Source of the DNA: Gemmatimonadota bacterium
GTDB lineage: Bacteria; Gemmatimonadota; Gemmatimonadetes; Palauibacterales; Palauibacteraceae
Assembly: GCA_963666735.1 (NCBI GenBank)
Contig: OY762926.1
Span: 2,624,001 to 2,688,000 of the forward strand
DNA: 64,000 nt
Direction of reading: 5' to 3'
Numbering within the stretch: position 1 is the first letter of the stretch; the number at the start of each line of letters is the position of its first letter. Made by a program: the position numbers and the translations under genes. The notes under the pieces are model-generated. The model was not told where the DNA came from, did no database searches, and saw only the letters and a list, made by a program, of their open reading frames with translations. Below, piece after piece: positions 55,620-64,000 of the stretch.

Positions 55620-58010
55620 TCAGGGCTTCGAGGCGCCCAGGTCCGGGTACAGGAAGCGGTAGATTTCGGCGAGTTCCGTGACCGCGCGCACGTACTCGCG
55701 CGTCTCCCGGTAGGGGATCCGCTCGACCAGTTCCTCGTCATCCGAGAACTCGGGAAAGTCGCGCCAGCGCACGTAGCGATGGGGGCCGGCATTGTAGGAG
55801 ATCATCCCCGCGATGTCGAAGCCGTCGAAGCGGCCGAGCACTTCCGACAGATACCGGGTTCCGAGCCTCAGGTTGACCTGGGGGACCGTGAGCTGGTGAC
55901 GGCGGTAACCGGCGAGTCCGGCTCGAGAGGAGACGTCGCGGGCCGTCTCCGGCAGCAGTTGCATGAGACCGATGGCATTCGCCACGGAACGGATCTCGGG
56001 ATCGAACATCGACTCGCGACGCGAGAGTCCGGCAACGAAGTGGGGCGAGAGTCCGTTCCGCTGGGCCGCGGCGACGAGGGCCTCGCGGAACGGAAGCGGA
56101 TAGATCGCTTCGAGCAACGGCCGGGTCCAGCGGCCGCGAATGGCCTGCGCGCGCCACCCCTCGCGAATTCCCTCCCGCGTCCATTCCGCCGCGTTCAGGG
56201 CGTGCGCGAACGCGAGGATCGCGCCGTAGGTGGACGGTCCGCGCTCTCTGGCCCGGCGGTACTCCCGGCGTGCCCGCTCGGGCCACCCCACCTCCCGCAG
56301 CGTGTTCATGCGCCGGAGCGCGGTCGCGTGGATGGGGTCGAGATCGGGCAACGGCTCCGCTTCCCCAAGCCCGACCGTGGCCAGGCGATCCGCACCGGTG
56401 CGGGGCTCCGCGAGGATGGCGTAGTAGTCGAGCGGGTTGTACCGGAGGGCGCGGGCGTAGAACGCGCTCGCGGCCTGGGTGTCGCCCAGCGCCTCCGCCA
56501 CCTTGCCGCTCCAGTAGATGGCGCCCTGGATCCACCCGCCCTCCGGGTAGCGCTCACGGTATTCGGCAAGGAGAGCGCGCGCCTCCGCGTACCGGCCCTC
56601 GTGATACGCGAGGAGGGCGAGCCGCTCCAGCGACCGCGATCCGTAGCTCGCTTCCGGGAACGCGCGGTAGGAGCGCTCGAAGCCCTCCGCCGCGATGTCC
56701 GGGCGGCCGGCGTCGTGCTCGAGGTCCGCGAGCAGGTAGGCGGCGCGGGCGGCGACATCCCCGGAGCCGCGGGCGGCCGTCTCGTGAGCCGTCGCGGCGT
56801 CGCCGTCGCGTCCGAGCGCACGGTAGATGCCGGCGGCGAGCATCCACAGCGACGCCCGGGGTGCGGTGACGGAAGCGGGATCCGCGGTCCACGGGGCCAG
56901 CGTCTCCGCCGCCCGCGCGGGAGCGCCCAGTGCCATGTACGCCGAAGCGAGCGATTCGGCGATGCCGGGGCGTTCGGCCGCGGGTGCGAGCTCGAGCGCT
57001 TCCGAGAGATAGCCGGCGCCGCGGGAGTGACGGCCGGCGCGGGTGTCGGAGCGCCCGACATCCCGCAGCGTCCGCCACGACCGCGTGAGCGCGAGGAGCG
57101 CAGGTCCTGTCTCCGGCGTCTGGAGCCCTCTCGCGATCGCGTCCGCGAAGGCCGACGCCGCCAAGGCGGAATCCCCGGTAGCCAGGTAGTGCGGCCCGAG
57201 GTGCCGGGCGGCGAGGATGTTCCGGACGCCCCTGCCGGCGCGGCTCGCAAGCGCGGCCCCGCGTTCGGGATCATCGAGTTCGAAGGCCAGGCGGGCCGCC
57301 GGGAGGAGCGCGGAATCCGCGGGAACGAGCGCCTCCTGTATGATTGAGTCGGCGAGGGCGAAGGCGTCCCGGTCCTCGGCCTCCGCCAGGGCGTAGAGGC
57401 GGGAGAGCCGCAGCCACGGAGCGAACTCGGGGTATTCGCGCTCGGCGAGGGTGAGCTGGTCCCGCGCTTCGAACCACTGGTAGCGCCGGTAGGACACGCG
57501 GGCGAACTCCACCCGCGCGGCCAGCGGAGGCGTCCCGTCGACCGCGCCCAGATACGCGCGGTAGTGCGCCGCGGACCGGGTCACGCTGTCGAGCCCCGCG
57601 TACGCTCGAGCCCGGAGGAGCATGGCCTGCGCCCGCGCGGCCGGGGTCGAGCCGCCTTCCCGCTCCGAGAGGAGGTCCAGCACGGAACCCCATGCCCGCT
57701 GCTGCGCGAAGGCCTGCGCCGCCAGCAGCACGGCGGCCTCGTCCCCCCGCGCCGCGCCCGCGGCGAGCTCGCGCGCCAGCAGCGCCGATGCCGACACCGG
57801 CATCCGGACATCGAGGAGGCGCCGCGCCCGCTCCAGCACAGCGGGGTCTGCCGTCCGGGCCGCGGCGTCGCCGGGGTTGGGGGGCCGTGCCGCGTTCCCG
57901 GCCTGCGCGCCAAGCGCGGACGCCAGGACGAGCGTCAGCAGCGACCCCAGCCCGGGACCGCGTACGCAATGGAAGCGCACAAGGCGCTGAATTCGCCGTC
58001 GAACCTGCAC
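55620..58010 (-). CDS. Soluble lytic transglycosylase (Slt) with TPR-like region
   Basis: GTG after GGAGG; RRESMFDP..RSVANAIGLMQL, NLRLGTRYL, SYNAG, IPYRETREYV. Confidence 0.9.
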   Translation of the reverse strand: MQVRRRIQRLVRFHCVRGPGLGSLLTLVLASALGAQAGNAARPPNPGDAAARTADPAVLERARRLLDVRMPVSASALLARELAAGAARGDEAAVLLAAQAFAQQRAWGSVLDLLSEREGGSTPAARAQAMLLRARAYAGLDSVTRSAAHYRAYLGAVDGTPPLAARVEFARVSYRRYQWFEARDQLTLAEREYPEFAPWLRLSRLYALAEAEDRDAFALADSIIQEALVPADSALLPAARLAFELDDPERGAALASRAGRGVRNILAARHLGPHYLATGDSALAASAFADAIARGLQTPETGPALLALTRSWRTLRDVGRSDTRAGRHSRGAGYLSEALELAPAAERPGIAESLASAYMALGAPARAAETLAPWTADPASVTAPRASLWMLAAGIYRALGRDGDAATAHETAARGSGDVAARAAYLLADLEHDAGRPDIAAEGFERSYRAFPEASYGSRSLERLALLAYHEGRYAEARALLAEYRERYPEGGWIQGAIYWSGKVAEALGDTQAASAFYARALRYNPLDYYAILAEPRTGADRLATVGLGEAEPLPDLDPIHATALRRMNTLREVGWPERARREYRRARERGPSTYGAILAFAHALNAAEWTREGIREGWRAQAIRGRWTRPLLEAIYPLPFREALVAAAQRNGLSPHFVAGLSRRESMFDPEIRSVANAIGLMQLLPETARDVSSRAGLAGYRRHQLTVPQVNLRLGTRYLSEVLGRFDGFDIAGMISYNAGPHRYVRWRDFPEFSDDEELVERIPYRETREYVRAVTELAEIYRFLYPDLGASKP

Positions 58011-58159
58011 AGGAAGGCCTCCTTCCCACGTCGTCCCCACCCCATTCACGCCGGACCCGCCCTGCGGGCCCGACACCGAACTTCGATCCTCCGGTGGCCC
58101 CGATGCAAGCGGAGGGGCAGGCGGAGGGGGCAGGCGGAAGGCCGCCCGGGGCCCCATGC

Positions 58160-58190
58160 AAGAACGGCCCGCCGAGATGGCGGGCCGCTT
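58160..58190 (-). terminator. Probable terminator hairpin after the exbB/tolQ-like gene
   Basis: 9-bp stem CGGCCCGCC/GGCGGGCCG, 5-nt loop, followed by TTCTT. Confidence 0.6.
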
Positions 58191-58251
58191 GTTCGGAACC
58201 TCTTGTGTGCGCCGCGAACGCCGCGGCGACGGGCTCCTCTTCGAGCTGGTC

Positions 58252-58926
58252 CTAGCTGCCCACGCGCTCGTGCAGCGCGTCGATGAGACGCTGGGCGCTC
58301 TCTTCCATGTCGATCACGAGGCGGTCGATCTTCGTCACGAAGTAATTGTGGAAGATGTTGATCGGAATCGCGATCGTGAGACCGGTGGCGGTGGTGATGA
58401 GCGCGACCTTGATCCCGCCGGCGACCAGCGTCGCCTCCACTTCGCCCGCGATCTCGATCGCCTGGAAGGCCATGATCATCCCGATCACGGTTCCGAGGAA
58501 GCCGAGGAGCGGAGCGACGTTCGACAGCGTCGCCAGCCACACGAGACCCTTTTCGAGCCCCGCGACTTCGATGGCGCCGGCGTTCTCCACCGCCTGCGTC
58601 GCGCGCTCGGTCCCTTCGTTGTAGCGGGAGAGCCCGGCGCTGAGGACGTTCCCGGCCGGAGCCCCGGACTCGGTGCAGACTTCGAGCGCCTCCTCGAGGT
58701 GGCCGGAGGCGATCTGTTCGTCGGCCTCCCGGAGAACGTTCTTGTTCTTGCTGCCCTTCAGCTGCAGGTCGACCAGCTTCCAGACGATGATGAGGATCCC
58801 AATGGCCAGCGCGGCGCCGAGCGGCCACATCATCCACCCGCCGGCTTCCCAGATCTCCGCGAGGTTGAGCGTCTGTCCTTCGCCCAGCGTCAGTGTCTCC
58901 TGCAACCAGAGTGTGGACGCGATCAA
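58252..58926 (-). CDS. MotA/TolQ/ExbB proton-channel protein
   Basis: GGWMMWPL, APLLGFLGTVIGMI.AF, GGIKVALITTATGL. Confidence 0.92.
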   Translation of the reverse strand: MIASTLWLQETLTLGEGQTLNLAEIWEAGGWMMWPLGAALAIGILIIVWKLVDLQLKGSKNKNVLREADEQIASGHLEEALEVCTESGAPAGNVLSAGLSRYNEGTERATQAVENAGAIEVAGLEKGLVWLATLSNVAPLLGFLGTVIGMIMAFQAIEIAGEVEATLVAGGIKVALITTATGLTIAIPINIFHNYFVTKIDRLVIDMEESAQRLIDALHERVGS

Positions 58927-59032
58927 GGTGGGCCTCCCGGTAAGGTTGATCGATTTGACTGACTCGCGGCAACCGATGCACGGAGGCGTCGGAGTGCGAG
59001 CGGAACCAAGCTAGAAGCGGTCTGCGGGACCG

Positions 59033-59929
59033 TCAAGCGGTAGGGCAAGGCCGTTCCCGGAGCCAGAGCCAGGCGCGCGAGCGGTGGATGCGCTCGTAGC
59101 GGGCGGCGAGGCGGATCAGAGCCGGGGAGGTCGCGGTCCCCGCGGAAGCGCCCGTCGCGGCGGGGCCGGGCGCACCGAAAGCGCCGGCCACGCGGTCCGC
59201 GAGGCGCTCGACGATGAGGCGAGGATCGGGCGCCGGGTCGAGCAATTCGTTCAGGCCGATCGCGGGTCCCTTCCCGGAGACCCCCGCCACGGCGCCCTCG
59301 TCCGGCCCGACGTCGCCTCCGCCCAGGTCCCCGAGGCGCTGCCTGTCCTCGAGGAGGATGGACCCGTGCTGAAGCACGGCCCCGCGGCGGCGGCACTGCG
59401 CGCTGCCGACGAGCTTGCGGCCCCGCGCGGTGAGTTCTCCCGGGGCGGGATCGCGAAAGCAGCTCGCGGCGGAGATCCGGGAGGCCTCCGCGAGACTCGC
59501 CTCCGCCGCGTCGCCGCCAACCGTGTCGAGGGGGACACCCAGGGAGCGCAGCCCCTCGTCCAGCGCGCGGTGCACAGTCTGCAGGACGCCCCGGGGCCCG
59601 CCCCACGCCCGGGCCGGACAGGCGAAGGCGTACGTGATCTCCGGTCCATGGAAGACGGACCGGCCACCCGTCGGCCGCCGAACGGCGTCGACGCCGGGGC
59701 GGAGGTCGTCGGGAGCGCGCCCGAGCAGCCGGTCCGGCGCCGCCTGATGCCGGCCGAGCGACAGACACCAGGGCTCCCAGCCATAGAAGCGGAGGAGCGT
59801 CGAACCGTCCGCGGCGAGTTCGAGCATCGCCTCGTCCACGGCCATGTTGCGGGCGCCGTCCGCCACGGCCCAGGGGAGAGCGATGCAGGGAGGCCCCCCG
59901 GGCCGGACACGCGCGCGCCGCGCGGTCAC
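59033..59929 (-). CDS. Lipoate-protein ligase/octanoyltransferase (LplA/LipM family)
   Basis: NMAVDEA, LRFYGW..LSLG, RRPTGGRSVFH, CF, KLVGSAQ..QHGSI; next to the gcv genes. Confidence 0.88.
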   Translation of the reverse strand: MTARRARVRPGGPPCIALPWAVADGARNMAVDEAMLELAADGSTLLRFYGWEPWCLSLGRHQAAPDRLLGRAPDDLRPGVDAVRRPTGGRSVFHGPEITYAFACPARAWGGPRGVLQTVHRALDEGLRSLGVPLDTVGGDAAEASLAEASRISAASCFRDPAPGELTARGRKLVGSAQCRRRGAVLQHGSILLEDRQRLGDLGGGDVGPDEGAVAGVSGKGPAIGLNELLDPAPDPRLIVERLADRVAGAFGAPGPAATGASAGTATSPALIRLAARYERIHRSRAWLWLRERPCPTA

Positions 59930-60618
59930 AACTCCAGAGCCTCTCCGGGCTCGAGGATCACGACATCGGCGGCATCGCCCACGGCGTCCGTGAAGCGCGC
60001 CGGATCGACGTCGATCAACTCCCAGGTGCCGTAGTGGTTCGGCACGGCGATGCGGGGTTCGATCATCCTTATCGCGCGCGCGGCGTCCTCCGGGCCCATC
60101 GTGAAGTTGTCTCCGATCGGCACCAGCGCCACGTCCACTTCCCCGTTCAGAAGCTCCATGTCGCGCGTGAGCGCCGTATCTCCGGCGTGGTAGACGCGCG
60201 TGCCGTCCACGGTGAGGAGGATGCCGGCCGGAGTCGTCGTATACGCCTCGGCGCCCGGCGCGTCGATCTTTCCGCCGTGGATCGCCGGGGTGAGCTTGAC
60301 GCGCCCGAACGGGAACTCGTGGGCGCCGCCGATGTGCATGGCGTGGGCGTTCCCGTGGCCCTGCACTTCCCCGGCGTACGACACGATCTCGTAGGTGGCG
60401 ATGAGCTTCGCGTTCGTCGCCTGGAGGATGTCCCAGGTGTCCGCGATGTGGTCGCCGTGCCCGTGCGTGAGGAGGAGATAGTCGAGGCGGTCGGTGAAGT
60501 GTTCCGGTCCGACGTCCGCCACCGGATTCCCGGTCAGAAACGGGTCGATGAGGATCCGCGTTCCGTCCGCCGTCTCGATCTCGTAGCAGCTCTGGCCGTG
60601 AAAGACGAGCCGTGCCAT
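59926..60618 (-). CDS. Metallo-beta-lactamase-fold hydrolase (UPF0173-like)
   Basis: LIDPFLTGNP, THGHGDH, YHAGDT, PIGDNFTMGPEDA, HYGTW. Confidence 0.9.
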   Translation of the reverse strand: MARLVFHGQSCYEIETADGTRILIDPFLTGNPVADVGPEHFTDRLDYLLLTHGHGDHIADTWDILQATNAKLIATYEIVSYAGEVQGHGNAHAMHIGGAHEFPFGRVKLTPAIHGGKIDAPGAEAYTTTPAGILLTVDGTRVYHAGDTALTRDMELLNGEVDVALVPIGDNFTMGPEDAARAIRMIEPRIAVPNHYGTWELIDVDPARFTDAVGDAADVVILEPGEALEL

Positions 60619-60663
60619 CCGCTTCCTCCTGGTCGCGTAGCTGGTCCCGTGGGTCCCGTACGC

Positions 60664-63579
60664 CTATACCGCCGCCGTGCCGGCGCTCTCGTTTTCGTAG
60701 CTCTCGATCGGCGGACAGGCGCAGACGAGGTTCCGGTCCCCGTACGCGTTGTTCACGCGGCGCACGGGCGGCCAGAACTTCCACTCCCGGGTCGAAGGCG
60801 CCGGCCAGGCCGCTTCCCGCCGCGTGTAGGCGTGCTCCCATGCGTCGGCCGTGACCATCTCCGCGGTGTGGGGCGCGTTCTTCAGCGGATTGTCCTTCGC
60901 ATCCAGCGTCCCGTCCGCGATCCTTCCGATCTCCTCCCGAATCGAGATCAGCGCGTCGACGAGTCGGTCCAGTTCCCGCTTCGACTCGCTCTCGGTGGGC
61001 TCGATCATGATCGTGCCCGCCACCGGGAAGGACATCGTGGGCGCGTGGAATCCGTAGTCCATGAGCCGTTTCGCGACATCCTCGTCCGTCACGCCCGTCC
61101 CCCGCCTGAGCGGACGCAGATCGAGGATGAACTCGTGCGCGACCCGCCCGTGCTCGCCGCGATAGAGCACCTCGAAGTGCTCGCTCAGAAGGCTGGCCAT
61201 GTAGTTGGCGTTGAGCACGGCCGCCTCGGTTGCGGCGCGCACGCCGTCCCGGCCGAGCATGGCGATGTAGGCCCATGAGATCAGGAGAATCGAGGCGCTC
61301 CCCCACGGCGCCGCCGAGACCGGCGGGATCGCCGCTTCGCCGCCGACGTCGATGAGGGGGTGCCCCGGCAGGTACGGCGCGAGTTCATCGGTCACGCAGA
61401 TCGGACCCATCCCCGGGCCCCCGCCGCCGTGCGGAATCGCAAACGTCTTGTGGAGGTTGATGTGGATGACGTCGGCACCGTAGTCGCCCGGCCGGCAGAG
61501 GCCGACCTGGGCGTTGAGGTTGGCGCCATCGAGATATACGAGTCCGCCGTGCTCATGGACGATGTCCGTGACCTCGCGGATGGCCGACTCGAACACGCCG
61601 TGGGTGGACGGATACGTGATCATCGTCGCCGCGAGCCGGTCGGCGTGTTTCTCCGCCTTGGCGCGCAGATCGTCGACGTCGATGTTCCCGTTCTGGTCGC
61701 AGCGGACGACGACGACCTTCATCCCGGCCATCACCGCGCTCGCCGGGTTCGTCCCGTGCGCCGACGAAGGGATGAGGCACACGTCCCGGTGTCCCTCGCC
61801 CCGGTGCGCGTGCCGGGCCGCGATCACGAGGAGGCCGGTGTACTCCCCCTGTGCCCCCGAGTTCGGCTGCAGCGAGCAGGCGGGCAGTCCGCTCATCTCG
61901 CACAGCCACCGTTCCAGGTCGTCGAACAGGCGCCGATAGCCCCCGGCCTGGTCCACGGGGGCGAACGGGTGCAGGGACCCGAACTCCGGCCAGGTGACGG
62001 GGATCATCTCGGATGTCGCGTTGAGCTTCATCGTGCACGATCCGAGCGGGATCATGCTCGTGTTCAGCGACAGGTCCCGGGTTTCGAGCTTGTGGATGTA
62101 CCGCAGCATCTCGGTCTCGGAATGATACCGGTTGAAGACCGGGTGCTCGAGAACCCTCGAGGTGCGCGCGAGTTCCGCGGGATAGACGGGCTCCGGAATG
62201 TCCGCGACGACGTCCGCGGCGCGGAGTCCCGGTCCCTCCTCGCCCCCGCCACCCCCGAAGACCGCGAACAGGTCCTCGAGGTCCTCGCCCCGCACCGTCT
62301 CATCGAGCGCGATCCCGACGGTCCCATCCTCGAAGTCTCGCAGGTTGATGCCGCGCTCGCGCGCCCTGTCGAGAATCTCGGCGGAGGTGAAGCCGGAGGG
62401 GATGACCTGCAGGGTATCGAAGAACTGCTCGTGAACGATGGTGTGGCCGAGTCGGTCGAGTCCGCGGGCGAGGGCCCACGTCAACTTGCGGACGCGGGTC
62501 GCGATGGCGCGGATACCCTCCGGCCCGTGATACACGGCGTACATCCCGGCCATGATCGCGAGCAGCACCTGCGCGGTGCAGATGTTCGAGGTCGCCTTCT
62601 CTCGCCGAATGTGCTGCTCCCGCGTCTGAAGGGCCATCCGGAGCGCGGGATTCCCGTCCGCGTCGACCGAAACGCCGATAATCCGCCCCGGCAGCTTGCG
62701 CTTGAATGCGTCCGTGGCCGCGAGGTAGGCGGCGTGCGGCCCGCCGTAGCCCATGGGCACGCCGAATCGCTGAGAGTTGCCGACTGCGATGTCCGCGCCG
62801 AACTCGCCCGGCGGCACGAGCAGCGCGAGCGCGAGGAGGTCGGCTGCGACCACGACTCCGGCCCCGTGCTCGTGAAGGGCGTCGCAGAGACCCCGGTAGT
62901 CGAAAACCGCGCCTTCCGTGGTCGGGTACTGCAGCAGCGCGCCGAAGGCATCGTCCGGATCGTGGGCGGCGATGTCGCCGTGCTGGAAGAGCCGAACCTG
63001 GATTCCCAGCGGCCGGGCGCGGCCGCGGACGACGGCGACGGTCTGGGGGTGGCAGGCCTCGGATACGAGGAAGACGTTCCGGTCGTCGCTCCCCTTGCCG
63101 CCCCAGAGCATGAGCATCGCTTCCGCCGCGGCGGTGCCCTCGTCAAGGAGCGAGGCGTTCGCGATCGGAAGCCCCGTGAGGTCGATGACCATCGTCTGGA
63201 AGTTGAGCAGGGCCTCGAGGCGCCCCTGGGAGATCTCGGCCTGGTAGGGCGTATACTGTGTATACCAGCCGGGGTTCTCAAGGATGTTCCGGAGGATGAC
63301 GCCGGGCGTCAGCGTCCCGTGGTACCCCAGCCCGAGGTAGGACCGGAAGGGGCGGTTGAGGCGGGCGAGCTCCCCCGCGCGGTCAAGAAGCCTCCGCTCG
63401 GTGACCGCTTCGGGGAGGTCGAGGTCGCGACCCAAGCGGATCGGTTCGGGAACGGTCTCCTCGACAAGCTCGCCCAGGGTCGTCGCGCCCGTCACCTCCA
63501 GCATCGGCTCGATATCCGCGGGCGCCAGGCCTATGTGGCGCCCGGCGAACTCGCCGAACGGCTCCATTTCCAACTGCAT
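60664..63579 (-). CDS. gcvP: Glycine dehydrogenase (decarboxylating), P protein
   Basis: [55 protein letters not shown]. Confidence 0.98.
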   Translation of the reverse strand: MQLEMEPFGEFAGRHIGLAPADIEPMLEVTGATTLGELVEETVPEPIRLGRDLDLPEAVTERRLLDRAGELARLNRPFRSYLGLGYHGTLTPGVILRNILENPGWYTQYTPYQAEISQGRLEALLNFQTMVIDLTGLPIANASLLDEGTAAAEAMLMLWGGKGSDDRNVFLVSEACHPQTVAVVRGRARPLGIQVRLFQHGDIAAHDPDDAFGALLQYPTTEGAVFDYRGLCDALHEHGAGVVVAADLLALALLVPPGEFGADIAVGNSQRFGVPMGYGGPHAAYLAATDAFKRKLPGRIIGVSVDADGNPALRMALQTREQHIRREKATSNICTAQVLLAIMAGMYAVYHGPEGIRAIATRVRKLTWALARGLDRLGHTIVHEQFFDTLQVIPSGFTSAEILDRARERGINLRDFEDGTVGIALDETVRGEDLEDLFAVFGGGGGEEGPGLRAADVVADIPEPVYPAELARTSRVLEHPVFNRYHSETEMLRYIHKLETRDLSLNTSMIPLGSCTMKLNATSEMIPVTWPEFGSLHPFAPVDQAGGYRRLFDDLERWLCEMSGLPACSLQPNSGAQGEYTGLLVIAARHAHRGEGHRDVCLIPSSAHGTNPASAVMAGMKVVVVRCDQNGNIDVDDLRAKAEKHADRLAATMITYPSTHGVFESAIREVTDIVHEHGGLVYLDGANLNAQVGLCRPGDYGADVIHINLHKTFAIPHGGGGPGMGPICVTDELAPYLPGHPLIDVGGEAAIPPVSAAPWGSASILLISWAYIAMLGRDGVRAATEAAVLNANYMASLLSEHFEVLYRGEHGRVAHEFILDLRPLRRGTGVTDEDVAKRLMDYGFHAPTMSFPVAGTIMIEPTESESKRELDRLVDALISIREEIGRIADGTLDAKDNPLKNAPHTAEMVTADAWEHAYTRREAAWPAPSTREWKFWPPVRRVNNAYGDRNLVCACPPIESYENESAGTAAV

Positions 63580-63595
63580 GTTCAGGAGCGGGCCG

Positions 63596-63997
63596 TCAGA
63601 TCTCGTCCGCGTCGGCGACGAGAGCGGCGTACTGTTCGGCAGTGAGGAGGTCGTCGAAGTCTTCGGGCGCTTCGAGCTCGAGCCGGATCATCCATCCCTC
63701 ACCGTAGGTATCGCTGTTGACGAGACCGGGGTCGGCCTCCAGAGCGTCGTTCACCGCCACGATCGTTCCCGCGGCGGGGCAGAAGAGTTCGGAGACGGTC
63801 TTCACGGCCTCGACGGTCCCGAAGGCCTCCATCTGTCCGAACTCCTCGCCGGGCGCGGGGAGTTCGACGTAGACCACATCGCCCAGTTCGCCCTGGGCGT
63901 AGTCCGTGACCCCGATCAAGACCTCGCCGTCGACATCGGTTTCCCGCACGTACTCGTGCTCGGGCGTGTATCTGAGGTCTTCCGGAATGTCCGACAT
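63596..63997 (-). CDS. gcvH: Glycine cleavage system H protein
   Basis: [26 protein letters not shown] (lipoyl-Lys), YGEGW. Confidence 0.97.
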   Translation of the reverse strand: MSDIPEDLRYTPEHEYVRETDVDGEVLIGVTDYAQGELGDVVYVELPAPGEEFGQMEAFGTVEAVKTVSELFCPAAGTIVAVNDALEADPGLVNSDTYGEGWMIRLELEAPEDFDDLLTAEQYAALVADADEI

Positions 63998-64000
63998 GCG

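Noticed and set aside
58252..58926. exbB/tolQ-like gene without adjacent exbD/tolR
   Set aside because: Noted, but stand-alone copies with partners elsewhere are common; no further signal.

Overview
GC-rich bacterial chromosome segment. Gene content and style (many GxxGxGPGE beta-propeller lipoproteins, a Spondin_N lipoprotein, several xanthine-oxidoreductase-family operons) suggest Gemmatimonadota, possibly a sponge-associated lineage; this is inference only. The core backbone carries priA, tatA, trpF, a sigma-70 factor, polA, a cold-shock gene, a lytic transglycosylase, an exbB/tolQ-like gene, a lipoate ligase, gcvP and gcvH. It also carries amino-acid transporters and peptidases, two Mo-hydroxylase loci (one Tat-exported with an FdnI-like cytochrome b) and an HD-domain/radical-SAM/metallophosphoesterase operon. 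Accessory patches are a Vsr-Dcm-NotI-family restriction-modification module and AIPR flanking queF, an AbiE type IV TA pair and a VapBC pair. The main candidate for an undescribed system is a family of four cassettes, each a small upstream ORF plus a secreted six-bladed beta-propeller; in three of them the small ORF is Cys-rich. Two cassettes share an identically spaced promoter/leader motif. Two sit between a host gene and a ~70-bp duplicate of that gene's 3' end, the signature of insertion into gene 3' ends, with no integrase in the window. No rRNA, tRNA or CRISPR array was recognised.
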